Of a stretch of DNA of 64,000 nucleotides, positions 1 through 8,819 are shown piece after piece. Below the pieces are notes generated by a model, which ran no database searches, had not been told where the DNA came from, and was given only the letters and a program-made list of their open reading frames with translations. Position numbers and translations under genes: made by a program. Source of the DNA: an uncultured Lachnospiraceae bacterium (GTDB taxonomy: Bacteria > Bacillota > Clostridia > Lachnospirales > Lachnospiraceae); NCBI GenBank assembly GCA_947175055.1, contig CAMWLJ010000006.1, forward strand, positions 44 to 64,043, given 5' to 3'. The first letter of the stretch is position 1. Each line of letters opens with the position of its first letter.

Positions 1-229
1 GGGGAGACTATGCGCAGAGATTTTTGATTCTTGCAAAAATATATTCTTATGGTAAGGTAGATGTTGGCATAGCGGCAGGGCTTGTGGTGATCGGTAATCT
101 TCTGTGACGGGGGAATTGCAGGAAAAAGGGCAATAGAGTATAGTAATAATACAATGCAGGAATGAGAGAAGGCAGCCGGACATTGCCATGATGGCGCCGG
201 GTGCCTGCGAACAGGAAACGGAGGAGCGT

Positions 230-1747
230 ATGCGGGAAAACAAATGTTACAGGATCGAAAAAGACAGCAGGGCCATGTTTCACAATCAGGTGGATTATTG
301 TGTCGGAACAGGAAGGATGGGACTTGCGCTGCAGCAGGAATATCAGGAGCAGTTAAAGCTTGTGCAGAGTCAGATCGGGTTTCGGCATATCCGTGGGCAT
401 GGGCTTTTTTCGGACGATATGGCTATTTATCAGGAATTTGAAGAGGCAGACGGCACGAAGCGGGCGGAGTATAATTTTACCTATCTGGATCTGGTGATGG
501 ACAGTTACCGCAAATGCGGTCTTAAGCCCTTTTTGGAGCTGGGATTTATGCCGGATAAAATGGCGTCCGGCGATCAGACCGTATTCTATTGGAAAGGGAA
601 TACCACGCCGCCGGCAAGTTACGCTGCCTGGTGTGATCTGACAACGGCTACACTGCGCCATCTGATGGAACGTTATGGAGAGGACGAAGTGGTGACCTGG
701 CCGATCGAAGTATGGAATGAGCCGAATCTGCCGGGATTCTGGAAGGATGCCGATATGCAGGAGTATTTCCGGTTGTTTGAGGAGACTTTCCGTGCGGTGA
801 AGAAAGTGGACGAACGTTTTCGGGTAGGCGGACCGGCAGTCTGCGGTGTGCAGGATGAATTGTGGATCCGGAAATTTCTGGAGTTCTGCCGGGAAAGACA
901 GATAGCCTTGGATTTTGTCACCCGTCATCATTACACGACAGAACTTCCGGAGGATGTGGGGCACTATGGCTATGCCGCGCTTTCAGATGCGGAGCAGGGA
1001 TTTTTGAACCTGCAGTCTTCCCGGGATATTATCGACAGTTTTGAGGAGTACAGGGGGATGGAAATCCATATTACGGAATTTAATACTTCTTATATTCCCA
1101 ACTGCCCGCTGCACGATACCAACCAGAATGCGGCATACATCGCGCACCAGCTGTCCCGGCTGGGAGATAGGAACGAATCCTATTCCTACTGGACGTTCGG
1201 AGATATTTTCGAGGAGCGGGGCGTTCCTTTTACGCCTTTCCACGGCGGTTTCGGTTTGGTGGCCAACGGCGGCATTCCCAAACCTACCTTCTGGGTGTTT
1301 AAATTCTACAAGGATCTGAACGGCGTCTGTGTGTGCAAGGAAGAGGATCTGGTGGTGACAAAAGGGGACGACGGCATCTACCGGGGAATCGCGTGGAATG
1401 CAGCACGGCAGCGTACCGGCAGGGAATTGGAGATAACGGTTTCCTTCCCGGCGAAAGACGGGCAGGATTATGTGGTGGTGACGAAGACGGTAGATGAAGA
1501 GACCTGTAATCCGCTGCGCATGTGGCATAATCTGGGAGAGCCTTCTTCTCCGAATCAGAGACAGAAGGAGCTGATTCTGGCGTGTGCAAGACCGTTTGTG
1601 TCAAGCGGAAGGGCGAAAGCGTCCGGGGAGCAGGTTGGGTTTTCCATGTCAGTGAAAGAGCACGGGGTGATCTATTTTGAGCTGCAGCCGGTGGAAACGA
1701 CAAGTGACAGAGGCTATGATTATAACAGAGTGATGCAGTTCGATTGA
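230..1747 (+). CDS. xynB: GH39 beta-xylosidase
   Basis: GH39 motifs IRGHGLF, EVWNEPNL (acid/base), HITEFN (nucleophile), SYWTFGDIFEE, PFHGGFGL. Start placed at ATG 230 behind GGAGGAG; the ORF track starts at 188. Confidence 0.88.
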   Translation: MRENKCYRIEKDSRAMFHNQVDYCVGTGRMGLALQQEYQEQLKLVQSQIGFRHIRGHGLFSDDMAIYQEFEEADGTKRAEYNFTYLDLVMDSYRKCGLKPFLELGFMPDKMASGDQTVFYWKGNTTPPASYAAWCDLTTATLRHLMERYGEDEVVTWPIEVWNEPNLPGFWKDADMQEYFRLFEETFRAVKKVDERFRVGGPAVCGVQDELWIRKFLEFCRERQIALDFVTRHHYTTELPEDVGHYGYAALSDAEQGFLNLQSSRDIIDSFEEYRGMEIHITEFNTSYIPNCPLHDTNQNAAYIAHQLSRLGDRNESYSYWTFGDIFEERGVPFTPFHGGFGLVANGGIPKPTFWVFKFYKDLNGVCVCKEEDLVVTKGDDGIYRGIAWNAARQRTGRELEITVSFPAKDGQDYVVVTKTVDEETCNPLRMWHNLGEPSSPNQRQKELILACARPFVSSGRAKASGEQVGFSMSVKEHGVIYFELQPVETTSDRGYDYNRVMQFD

Positions 1748-1896
1748 GAGTCATTTTAAATTTGTGACGCTTCGCAATAGAGGAAAATGTGATAAACTAT
1801 AGTAAATGGCATGAAAGGTTGTTCCAGTTGCCAGTGTTTATAGAGGTGAAAGCACAATTTCAATAGAAAAGCAGGCCGATGAGGAGGCGCAACTTA

Positions 1897-3477
1897 ATGG
1901 GAATCTATCTGAATCCGGGCAACAGAGGTTTCTGGCAGTCGATTCGATCCGAGATCTATGTAGATAAGACGGGGGTGATCGCGAAGACGAACCAATATTT
2001 GAATACGGAGCAGCAGTATATATGTGTCAGCAGGCCGAGACGATTCGGTAAATCCATGGCGCTTAAGATGCTTGCGGCTTATTATAGCCGTGGCTGTGAT
2101 TCCGGGGATTTATTCAAGGGCTTTCAGATAGAAAAAGAAGAGACTTTCAGGGAACATCTGAACCAGTATGATGTTATCTTTATGAACATGCAGCAGTTTC
2201 TGATCAGAGCAAAGGAAGAGGATGTAACGGAATATCTGGAACGGGCTGTGCTTGAAGAACTGCGGGAGAGTTATGGACATTTGTTTTCGGAACGGATTAC
2301 AGGTCTGGCAGAAGCGCTTGAGAGAATTTATGCAAAAACGGAAAAGCAGTTTATCTTTCTGATCGATGAATGGGACTGTGTGATGCGGGAAAGGCAGGAA
2401 TCCGAAGAGCTGCAGAAGAAGTACCTGGATTTTCTGAGGGATCTTTTAAAGGATCAGCCTTATGTTGCGCTGGCGTATGTGACAGGAATTCTTCCCATAA
2501 AGAAATACGGGCAGCATTCCGCGCTGAATATGTTCTGGGAATACTCGATGACAGATCAGTTTATCTTTGAGGAATATACAGGCTTCACGGAGGAGGAGGT
2601 AAAAACGCTCTGCGTTCGGTATGACATGGATTTTGCAAAAGTCAGCGACTGGTATGACGGTTACAGGCTTCGGCAGTTCCGGCATATTTATAATCCGCGC
2701 TCTGTTGTGGCGGCGATGAAGAGCCGTGTTTTTTCAAACTACTGGACATCTACAGAAACTTACGAGGCATTAAAGTTATATATCGATATGGATTTTGATG
2801 GGCTGAAAGCAGATATTGTGCAGATGTTGGGCGGCGAACGGGTGAAGGTGAATACACTCAGTTTTCAAAATGATATGCACAGCTTCAGAACAAAGGATGA
2901 TGTGCTGACGCTGCTGATCCATATCGGTTATCTTGGTTATGATGCGGAGACGAAGGAAGCGTTTATTCCTAATAAAGAGATCATCGGAGAATTCGAGAAT
3001 GCCATGAGCGTGAGCGGATGGCCGGAAGTGATGCGTGTGCTGAAAGCATCGGAGAAGCTTCTGGAAGCTACTTTAAACGGTGATGAGGAAAGCGTGGCAA
3101 GAGGACTTGACCGGGCGCATATGGAAGTGGCGTCCATATTGACCTATAATGACGAGAATGCACTTGGCAGTGCCATAGGGCTTGCTTACTATAGTGCGAG
3201 GAAGGATTACAAACTGGTACGGGAGCTGCCGGCAGGAAAGGGCTTTGCAGACGTTGTTTTTCTGCCGCTGCCGCATGCGGATAAGCCGGCGTTGGTGGTA
3301 GAATTGAAATACGATAAGGATGCCAGAACGGCCATACAGCAGATCAAGGACAGGCAGTACACGCAGGCACTTGCAGGATATGCGGGTAATATATTGCTCG
3401 TGGGGATCAATTATGAGAGGGGAAATAAGGATAAACCGCATAGTTGTGTGATAGAAAGAACAGTAAAGCAAAGTTAA
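1897..3477 (+). CDS. AAA-ATPase-like protein with C-terminal PD-(D/E)XK nuclease (DUF1703-type)
   Basis: YVDKT, SRPRRFGKS Walker A, LIDEWD Walker B, C-terminal RELPAGKGFADVVF...VELK...AIQQIKDRQY. Start MGIYLNPG at 1897 behind GAGGAGG. Confidence 0.85.
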   Translation: MGIYLNPGNRGFWQSIRSEIYVDKTGVIAKTNQYLNTEQQYICVSRPRRFGKSMALKMLAAYYSRGCDSGDLFKGFQIEKEETFREHLNQYDVIFMNMQQFLIRAKEEDVTEYLERAVLEELRESYGHLFSERITGLAEALERIYAKTEKQFIFLIDEWDCVMRERQESEELQKKYLDFLRDLLKDQPYVALAYVTGILPIKKYGQHSALNMFWEYSMTDQFIFEEYTGFTEEEVKTLCVRYDMDFAKVSDWYDGYRLRQFRHIYNPRSVVAAMKSRVFSNYWTSTETYEALKLYIDMDFDGLKADIVQMLGGERVKVNTLSFQNDMHSFRTKDDVLTLLIHIGYLGYDAETKEAFIPNKEIIGEFENAMSVSGWPEVMRVLKASEKLLEATLNGDEESVARGLDRAHMEVASILTYNDENALGSAIGLAYYSARKDYKLVRELPAGKGFADVVFLPLPHADKPALVVELKYDKDARTAIQQIKDRQYTQALAGYAGNILLVGINYERGNKDKPHSCVIERTVKQS

Positions 3478-3583
3478 TAGTATTTTACCTAAAAATTGGT
3501 TGATTTTCTGATTTATTTAAGTTATCCTAATAAGGAAACCGAGTTTACTTTCATAGATTGTCCGGATGTAGATGTGTGGAGGT

Positions 3584-3760
3584 AAGGTTGAATAAATTCT
3601 CTGATGAGCAATTTAGTTCAACAAACTGAACAAGTTCAGTTAGAATTTGTGCCGAAGTGTCACAAATTCTATTGATCGCAGAGCAAAATGGGAGTATTCC
3701 TTCGGAAAACTCTTAAATTCTGCTCGCGTCCTCAGCGCAAAGCGCTTCGGAATAGAGGTA
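3584..3760 (+). repeat. Multi-hairpin dispersed intergenic element, longest copy
   Basis: 3584-3651 is identical to 18384-18451 (68 nt). Consecutive inverted repeats: GTTGAATAAATT/AATTTAGTTCAAC, AACTGAAC/GTTCAGTT, AGAATTTGTG/CACAAATTCT, AGCGC/GCGCT. Confidence 0.8.
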
Positions 3761-3763
3761 ATA

Positions 3764-4177
3764 ATGAGCGATTACGAAATGATGGTGCTGAATCTGGATG
3801 GCACCCTGCTTGACAGCAATAGTGTACTGGTGGAAGATACTAAAGTGACTCTGCAAAATTGCATGAAGAAGGGGAAAAAGATTGTTCTTTGCTCCTCTCG
3901 CTCTTATGAAGAGATGGGTACGATCGCAAGAGAATTGTATGAAGGCTGTGAAGGGCAGTATTGTATCGGGTTTGGAGGGGCGATTTGTTATACGCAGGAT
4001 GGTCAGTGTATTGTAAAGGCCGATCCAATCGAGACAGTTGTGGCAGATCACATGATAACCCTGGCAGAGCAGCGGCGTATTCATATCCACGGCGGTATAC
4101 AGGAAGAATTGGAGGCAATGGTGGAGGGGATGGGATTTCTGATCGCTTATGATGAGATGGAACTGAGCACGAGTTGA
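3764..4177 (+). pseudogene. Truncated or degenerate Cof-type HAD hydrolase (N-terminal half only)
   Basis: LNLDGTLL (motif I Asp replaced by Asn) and VLCSSRS (motif II). Only 137 aa, with no motif III/IV GDxxND. Confidence 0.55.
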
Positions 4178-4226
4178 TCAGGACTACAGCCGGAATAGCC
4201 CTACAGCAGTCGCCTTTTTCTGATTC

Positions 4227-5042
4227 TTAACCCTCCTTCCGATACTCACTGGGACTGACGCCCATCTTTTGCCGGAAGAGCCGTGAGAAATAAAGTGGGT
4301 CGATAAAACTTACCGAGTGAGCGATCACACGGATTGAAAGGTCTGTATTCTTAAGCAGGATGCAGGCCTGTTTTATACGATAATCCAATAAGTAACTTTG
4401 TATGGAAACACTTGTGAAGGACTTAAAGAGCCGGTGCAGATAGGAACGGTTGATACCCAGATGATCGGCAATGTCCTGAATCGTGATCGGATCGCAGTAG
4501 TGATCTTCGATATATTGCAGGGCATCCTCTGCGTAGCCGGATTTCTTCTGGCAGATGGCGGTCTGACCGTTAGGAAACTTCTGTGCCAGCAGGAACAGAT
4601 ATTCATAGAGGATGCTGTTCATGATTAGGTCGCGGTTCTGTGTCAGCTTGTCGGCTTCAGACATTTTCTCATGGCAGCGCCGCAGCTGTTCATCCTGCCC
4701 GAAGGAAACTACCAGACTGTCGAAAAGAGAAGTTCGTTCCAGATATCCCTTGATCTTAATGCCCTGCATCCCGATCCATGTGTATGTCCATGGCGTGTTC
4801 TGATCGGCTTCATAGTAGATCAACTCGTCAGGGCAGATCAAGAAGGCGTCCCCTTCCTGCAGACGGAACAGTTTCCCGCGGGCCTTGTAAATGCCTGTAC
4901 CCTTTAAGACATAATGGATCAGATAGCCTTTGCGCATGATAGGTCCGTAGCTATGCCCGGGGGCACAGTTTTCATAGCCGCAGGTGTAGATCATGGCGTC
5001 AATATTCTTATAGAAATCATTGGAGAAGTTGTAATCCAGCAT
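4227..5042 (-). CDS. AraC-family transcriptional regulator (MsmR-like)
   Basis: N-terminal cupin CGYENCAPGHSYGP...YLIHYVLKGTG and C-terminal double HTH ending YFSRLFRQKMGVSPSEYRK. Divergent from the PTS gene. Alternative start at 5075. Confidence 0.88.
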   Translation of the reverse strand: MLDYNFSNDFYKNIDAMIYTCGYENCAPGHSYGPIMRKGYLIHYVLKGTGIYKARGKLFRLQEGDAFLICPDELIYYEADQNTPWTYTWIGMQGIKIKGYLERTSLFDSLVVSFGQDEQLRRCHEKMSEADKLTQNRDLIMNSILYEYLFLLAQKFPNGQTAICQKKSGYAEDALQYIEDHYCDPITIQDIADHLGINRSYLHRLFKSFTSVSIQSYLLDYRIKQACILLKNTDLSIRVIAHSVSFIDPLYFSRLFRQKMGVSPSEYRKEG

Positions 5043-5354
5043 TATATTTGCCTCATTTCTGATGTTGCTTACCATAATACATTGTGCATAGTTTCATTCC
5101 AACCGCGCAGGTGGAATATGATTCGCAGATTTCCGTCATGCCTTACAGACAGATCGTCAATTTACGCTCATATGGACTCCATGTCATAATCTTCAATTAT
5201 CAAGTCACATATCTCCATATAAATCTCATTTTAGCAGACTATAATAATAGATACAAACATAACTTTTCTGTGGCCGCAGAAAACCGATAACATAAGCTTT
5301 TAGTATACTGTGGAAATCTTGGCAGTGCATAGAAGATAGAAGGAGGAGCAGGAA

Positions 5355-7322
5355 ATGGATGCAAATAAGCGTCAGCGATATGAGAAAATATCCATAGAAC
5401 TTACCAGGCTGGTTGGCGGAAAAGAGAATATTCAGGGGGTGGCGCATTGTGCGACCCGATTAAGGATCGTTCTGAAGGACAATGATATTGCGGATTTGAA
5501 GGCGATCGAGGATGTGGATCTGGCGAAAGGCGTGTTTGTGGCCGGCGATCAGGTGCAGATCATATTCGGCGCGGGGCTGGTCAATGACGTGTATGAGGTG
5601 TTTGCGGAACACAACAATATGAAAAACATGAGCCTAAGCGATTTAAAGACGGTAGCGAACAAGAAAATGAATCCGCTGCAAAGGATCATCAAGGCACTGT
5701 CTGATGTATTCGTGGATATCATGCCGGGGATCCTGGCGGCGGCGCTGCTGACCGGACTTTCCGGCGTATTGGGAAATCTTGACTTTGTGAAGTCCAATGA
5801 TACTCTGTATGGCATTAACCGTTTGATCAACATCTCTTCCGGGGCCATTTTCGGGTTCTTGCCACTTGCAGTGGCCTACAGCGCCTGCAAACGGTTCGGC
5901 GGACGGCCGATTCTGGGCATCGTGATCGGCTGTATCATGTTAAGCGACAGCCTGGCAAATGCCTATTCGGCGGCGCAGGGGACGGCGGAAGTCACCACGC
6001 TCCATATCTTCGGCATGGGCGTGGAACTGGTAGGATTCCAGGGCGGCATTATCGTGGCATTGCTGATGGGATTTGTGACGGCCAAATTGGACCTCTTTTT
6101 TGAAAAAAAGGTGCCGGAGGTCATCCGTCTGCTCGTATCTCCGCTGCTGACTACGCTGGTGGGCGCGTTGTTGCTGTTCACCGTGATCGGACCGGTGGGC
6201 CGTGGTCTTTCTTCGGGCATCACCAATGCGCTCGTATGGATGACGCAAAATCTGGGCGTGGCCGGATATGCGGTCTTCTCTGGCCTGCAGCAGCTGGTGG
6301 TCATTACAGGCCTGCACCATATATTCGGTGCGATCGAGGCGCAGCTTCTGGCGGATACCGGCAGGAACTTCCTGAATCCGCTCATGTCCGTGGCCATTAT
6401 CGCACAGGGCGGCGCAGTGCTTGGTTATCTGCTGATGCACAGGAAGAATGTGAAGACAAGAGAACTTTGTATTCCCAGTTTTATTTCGGTACTGTTTGGC
6501 ATTACGGAACCGGCGCTGTTCGGTATTAACTTAAGGTATCGTTTCCCGATCATCGGCGGATGCATCGGCGGCGCACTGGGTGGTGTGGTCGTATATATGA
6601 CGGACTTGGCGGCGGTAGGATTTGGTACTACAGTCCTTCCGGGCATCGCACTGGCGGATCCGGCGGGCAACGGTTATGTGAACTATATCATTGCCCATGC
6701 GGCAGCCATTGCGGGCGGATTTGTTATGACGCTTGTTCTGGGAAAATTCATGGATAAGACGCCGGCGGAAGCGGTTCCTTCTGGCACGCAGGAGTTGCCG
6801 GATGCAGGGCAAAGGGGAACGGATGCGGCACAGGGATGTCAGGACACAGAGCCGGAAAGTTCGGCGGAAGAAGTTTTCTACGGGTATGCCAACGGGCAGT
6901 TGATCGCCATGGAAGACGTGAAAGATGAGACCTTTGCCAATAAAGTTCTGGGTGAGGGCGTAGCGGTACTGCCAACGGACGGCAGAGTGTATGCACCTGC
7001 GGACGGCATGGTCATGAGCGTCTTTGATACGAAACATGCGGTATGCTTCGCCAGTAGATACGGCACGGAGATACTGATCCATATCGGTGTGGATACGGTC
7101 AATCTGCAGGGAAAATATTTCACGGCTCATGTGAAAGACGGCGACATGGTGAAAAAAGGGCAGCTTCTGATCGAATTTGATAAGGAACAGATTGAAAAAG
7201 CCGGATATGATACGGCGATTCCGATGATCTTTACGGATCTTCCGGAGGAGAAGACGCTGGAGGTATCTGCGCCCGGGCGGATGACACAGGATACACGAAC
7301 AGCTATTGTGCGCAGAGTATAA
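5355..7322 (+). CDS. PTS transporter EIIBCA, sucrose/trehalose/beta-glucoside family
   Basis: EIIB HCATRLR, EIIC membrane domain with ITGLHH and FGITEPALFG, EIIA with DETFA...LIHIGVDTVNL. Confidence 0.92.
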   Translation: MDANKRQRYEKISIELTRLVGGKENIQGVAHCATRLRIVLKDNDIADLKAIEDVDLAKGVFVAGDQVQIIFGAGLVNDVYEVFAEHNNMKNMSLSDLKTVANKKMNPLQRIIKALSDVFVDIMPGILAAALLTGLSGVLGNLDFVKSNDTLYGINRLINISSGAIFGFLPLAVAYSACKRFGGRPILGIVIGCIMLSDSLANAYSAAQGTAEVTTLHIFGMGVELVGFQGGIIVALLMGFVTAKLDLFFEKKVPEVIRLLVSPLLTTLVGALLLFTVIGPVGRGLSSGITNALVWMTQNLGVAGYAVFSGLQQLVVITGLHHIFGAIEAQLLADTGRNFLNPLMSVAIIAQGGAVLGYLLMHRKNVKTRELCIPSFISVLFGITEPALFGINLRYRFPIIGGCIGGALGGVVVYMTDLAAVGFGTTVLPGIALADPAGNGYVNYIIAHAAAIAGGFVMTLVLGKFMDKTPAEAVPSGTQELPDAGQRGTDAAQGCQDTEPESSAEEVFYGYANGQLIAMEDVKDETFANKVLGEGVAVLPTDGRVYAPADGMVMSVFDTKHAVCFASRYGTEILIHIGVDTVNLQGKYFTAHVKDGDMVKKGQLLIEFDKEQIEKAGYDTAIPMIFTDLPEEKTLEVSAPGRMTQDTRTAIVRRV

Positions 7323-7480
7323 ATCCTATAAAATATAATCATAGCAAACGACATACACTGAGTGCCAGAGTGTAAAGAATTTCCATCAAGTGATAATGGC
7401 ACATTATGTAAGGCACGCAGGCAGCATGAGAGCAGTGATATAGAGTCAAAGGCTGCGTGCAGCAGGAGTGAGGAAAAAGC

Positions 7481-8314
7481 ATGGACAACAAAATCATTTT
7501 TCTGGATATTGATGGAACATTGATCTCCGGAATGACTGCGCCGTCCGCGCACACCGTGGAGGCAGTACGCGGTGCGCGGGCGAAGGGGCATAAAGTTTTT
7601 TTGTGCACTGGCAGGAATATGCCGATCATCGGCAAGGATATTCTGGATGTGGGATTTGACGGGATCATTGCCAGTGCAGGAAGCCATGTGGAAGTTGAGG
7701 GAAGAGTGCTGCTTGACAGTGTCCTGTCGGAGGAGATCATTCAGGAATGTCTTGCGGTCTTCCACGCACAGGGGATGTACTGCCGGATCGAAACGGCCGA
7801 GGGAATTTATACGGATCCGCAGATGGAAGAACTCTTGAGATTGGCGAAACCGGAGCAGAGCAATTCCGAACTGATCCGGATGCAGAAGGAGATCGAGGCA
7901 GGGATTCCCATACGGACTTATGAAGAATATCCTCATAACGGAGCTTATAAAATATGCTTTACCAGCAGGGATCTTGTCTCGATCGAAAGGACAAAAGTAT
8001 ATCTGGAGGACCGTTTTGTGTATGCGGTGCATTCCTATGGAGGCAGCGCCGTCTGCTTTAACGGGGAGATCATCCCGCGGGGGATCGATAAAGGGAAGGG
8101 TATGGAACTTGTGTGCCGGCACTACGGCGTGGGTCTGCAGGACACGATAGCTTTCGGCGACAGCATGAATGATCTGGAGATGCTGCAGGCGGCGGGCATC
8201 GGCGTGGCTATGGGCAATGCCTGTAAGGAATTAAAAGCCATGGCGGATACTGTCTGCGAGACGGTCGGAGAGGACGGAATCTATCATGAATTATGCAGAA
8301 GGGGAATTTTATAA
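7481..8314 (+). CDS. Cof-type HAD-IIB phosphatase
   Basis: FLDIDGTL, CTGR, DKGKG, AFGDSMNDLEML, GVAMGNA. Confidence 0.92.
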   Translation: MDNKIIFLDIDGTLISGMTAPSAHTVEAVRGARAKGHKVFLCTGRNMPIIGKDILDVGFDGIIASAGSHVEVEGRVLLDSVLSEEIIQECLAVFHAQGMYCRIETAEGIYTDPQMEELLRLAKPEQSNSELIRMQKEIEAGIPIRTYEEYPHNGAYKICFTSRDLVSIERTKVYLEDRFVYAVHSYGGSAVCFNGEIIPRGIDKGKGMELVCRHYGVGLQDTIAFGDSMNDLEMLQAAGIGVAMGNACKELKAMADTVCETVGEDGIYHELCRRGIL

Positions 8315-8352
8315 GGAGTTGAAAACGGCTTAAGACTGACTGTAGACGAAAG

Positions 8353-8793
8353 GTGGGAAAAGATTTTATGAAAGAACCGATCATGAGATTCCAGATATTT
8401 GCGGATGATTCGCAGGTCTCGAATATGGAGGGGCCGTATGGTGCGGTGACAATGATCCCCTTTACGGGCAGGGTGGAATCAGAACTCTTCACCGGTGAGA
8501 TCCTTCCGGGAGCGGTGGACGTACAGGTGGAAAATCCCGCGGGCAGCAGGAATATGTGCGCAAAATATATGTTTCATGGAAAAGACCGGGAAGGCAATGC
8601 CTGTCATCTCTTTGTAGAAAACAACGGTTACTTCTCGAAGGCAGACAGGGAGAATGCTTTCTTTCATGCCTGCCCAAGATTTATAACGGACAGTCCTGTG
8701 CTGGGCGCTTTTCTGTGTCAGGCGAGATTCCGTTCGGAAGTCCAGTCCGTGGAGGATGGGATCGAGATACGGATCTACGATGTATTGGAATAA
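8353..8793 (+). CDS. DUF3237-like protein
   Basis: MIPFTGRV...FTGEILPGAVDVQ...AKYM...VENNG...PRFITD pattern resembles DUF3237 beta-barrel proteins. Start uncertain (8353 or 8368). Confidence 0.6.
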   Translation: MGKDFMKEPIMRFQIFADDSQVSNMEGPYGAVTMIPFTGRVESELFTGEILPGAVDVQVENPAGSRNMCAKYMFHGKDREGNACHLFVENNGYFSKADRENAFFHACPRFITDSPVLGAFLCQARFRSEVQSVEDGIEIRIYDVLE

Positions 8794-8814
8794 GCCGCCC
8801 GCTAAAGGGGCGGC
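8794..8814. terminator. Hairpin between convergent genes
   Basis: GCCGCCC-GCTAAAG-GGGCGGC lies between the stops at 8793 (+) and 8820 (-). No clear U tract. Confidence 0.45.
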
Positions 8815-8819
8815 AATCC

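Noticed and set aside
3601-3608. CTGATGAG, the hammerhead ribozyme core, inside the hairpin element (also at 18401)
   Set aside because: It forms the tip of a simple hairpin, and there is no stem II followed by GAAA, so hammerhead topology is not met.
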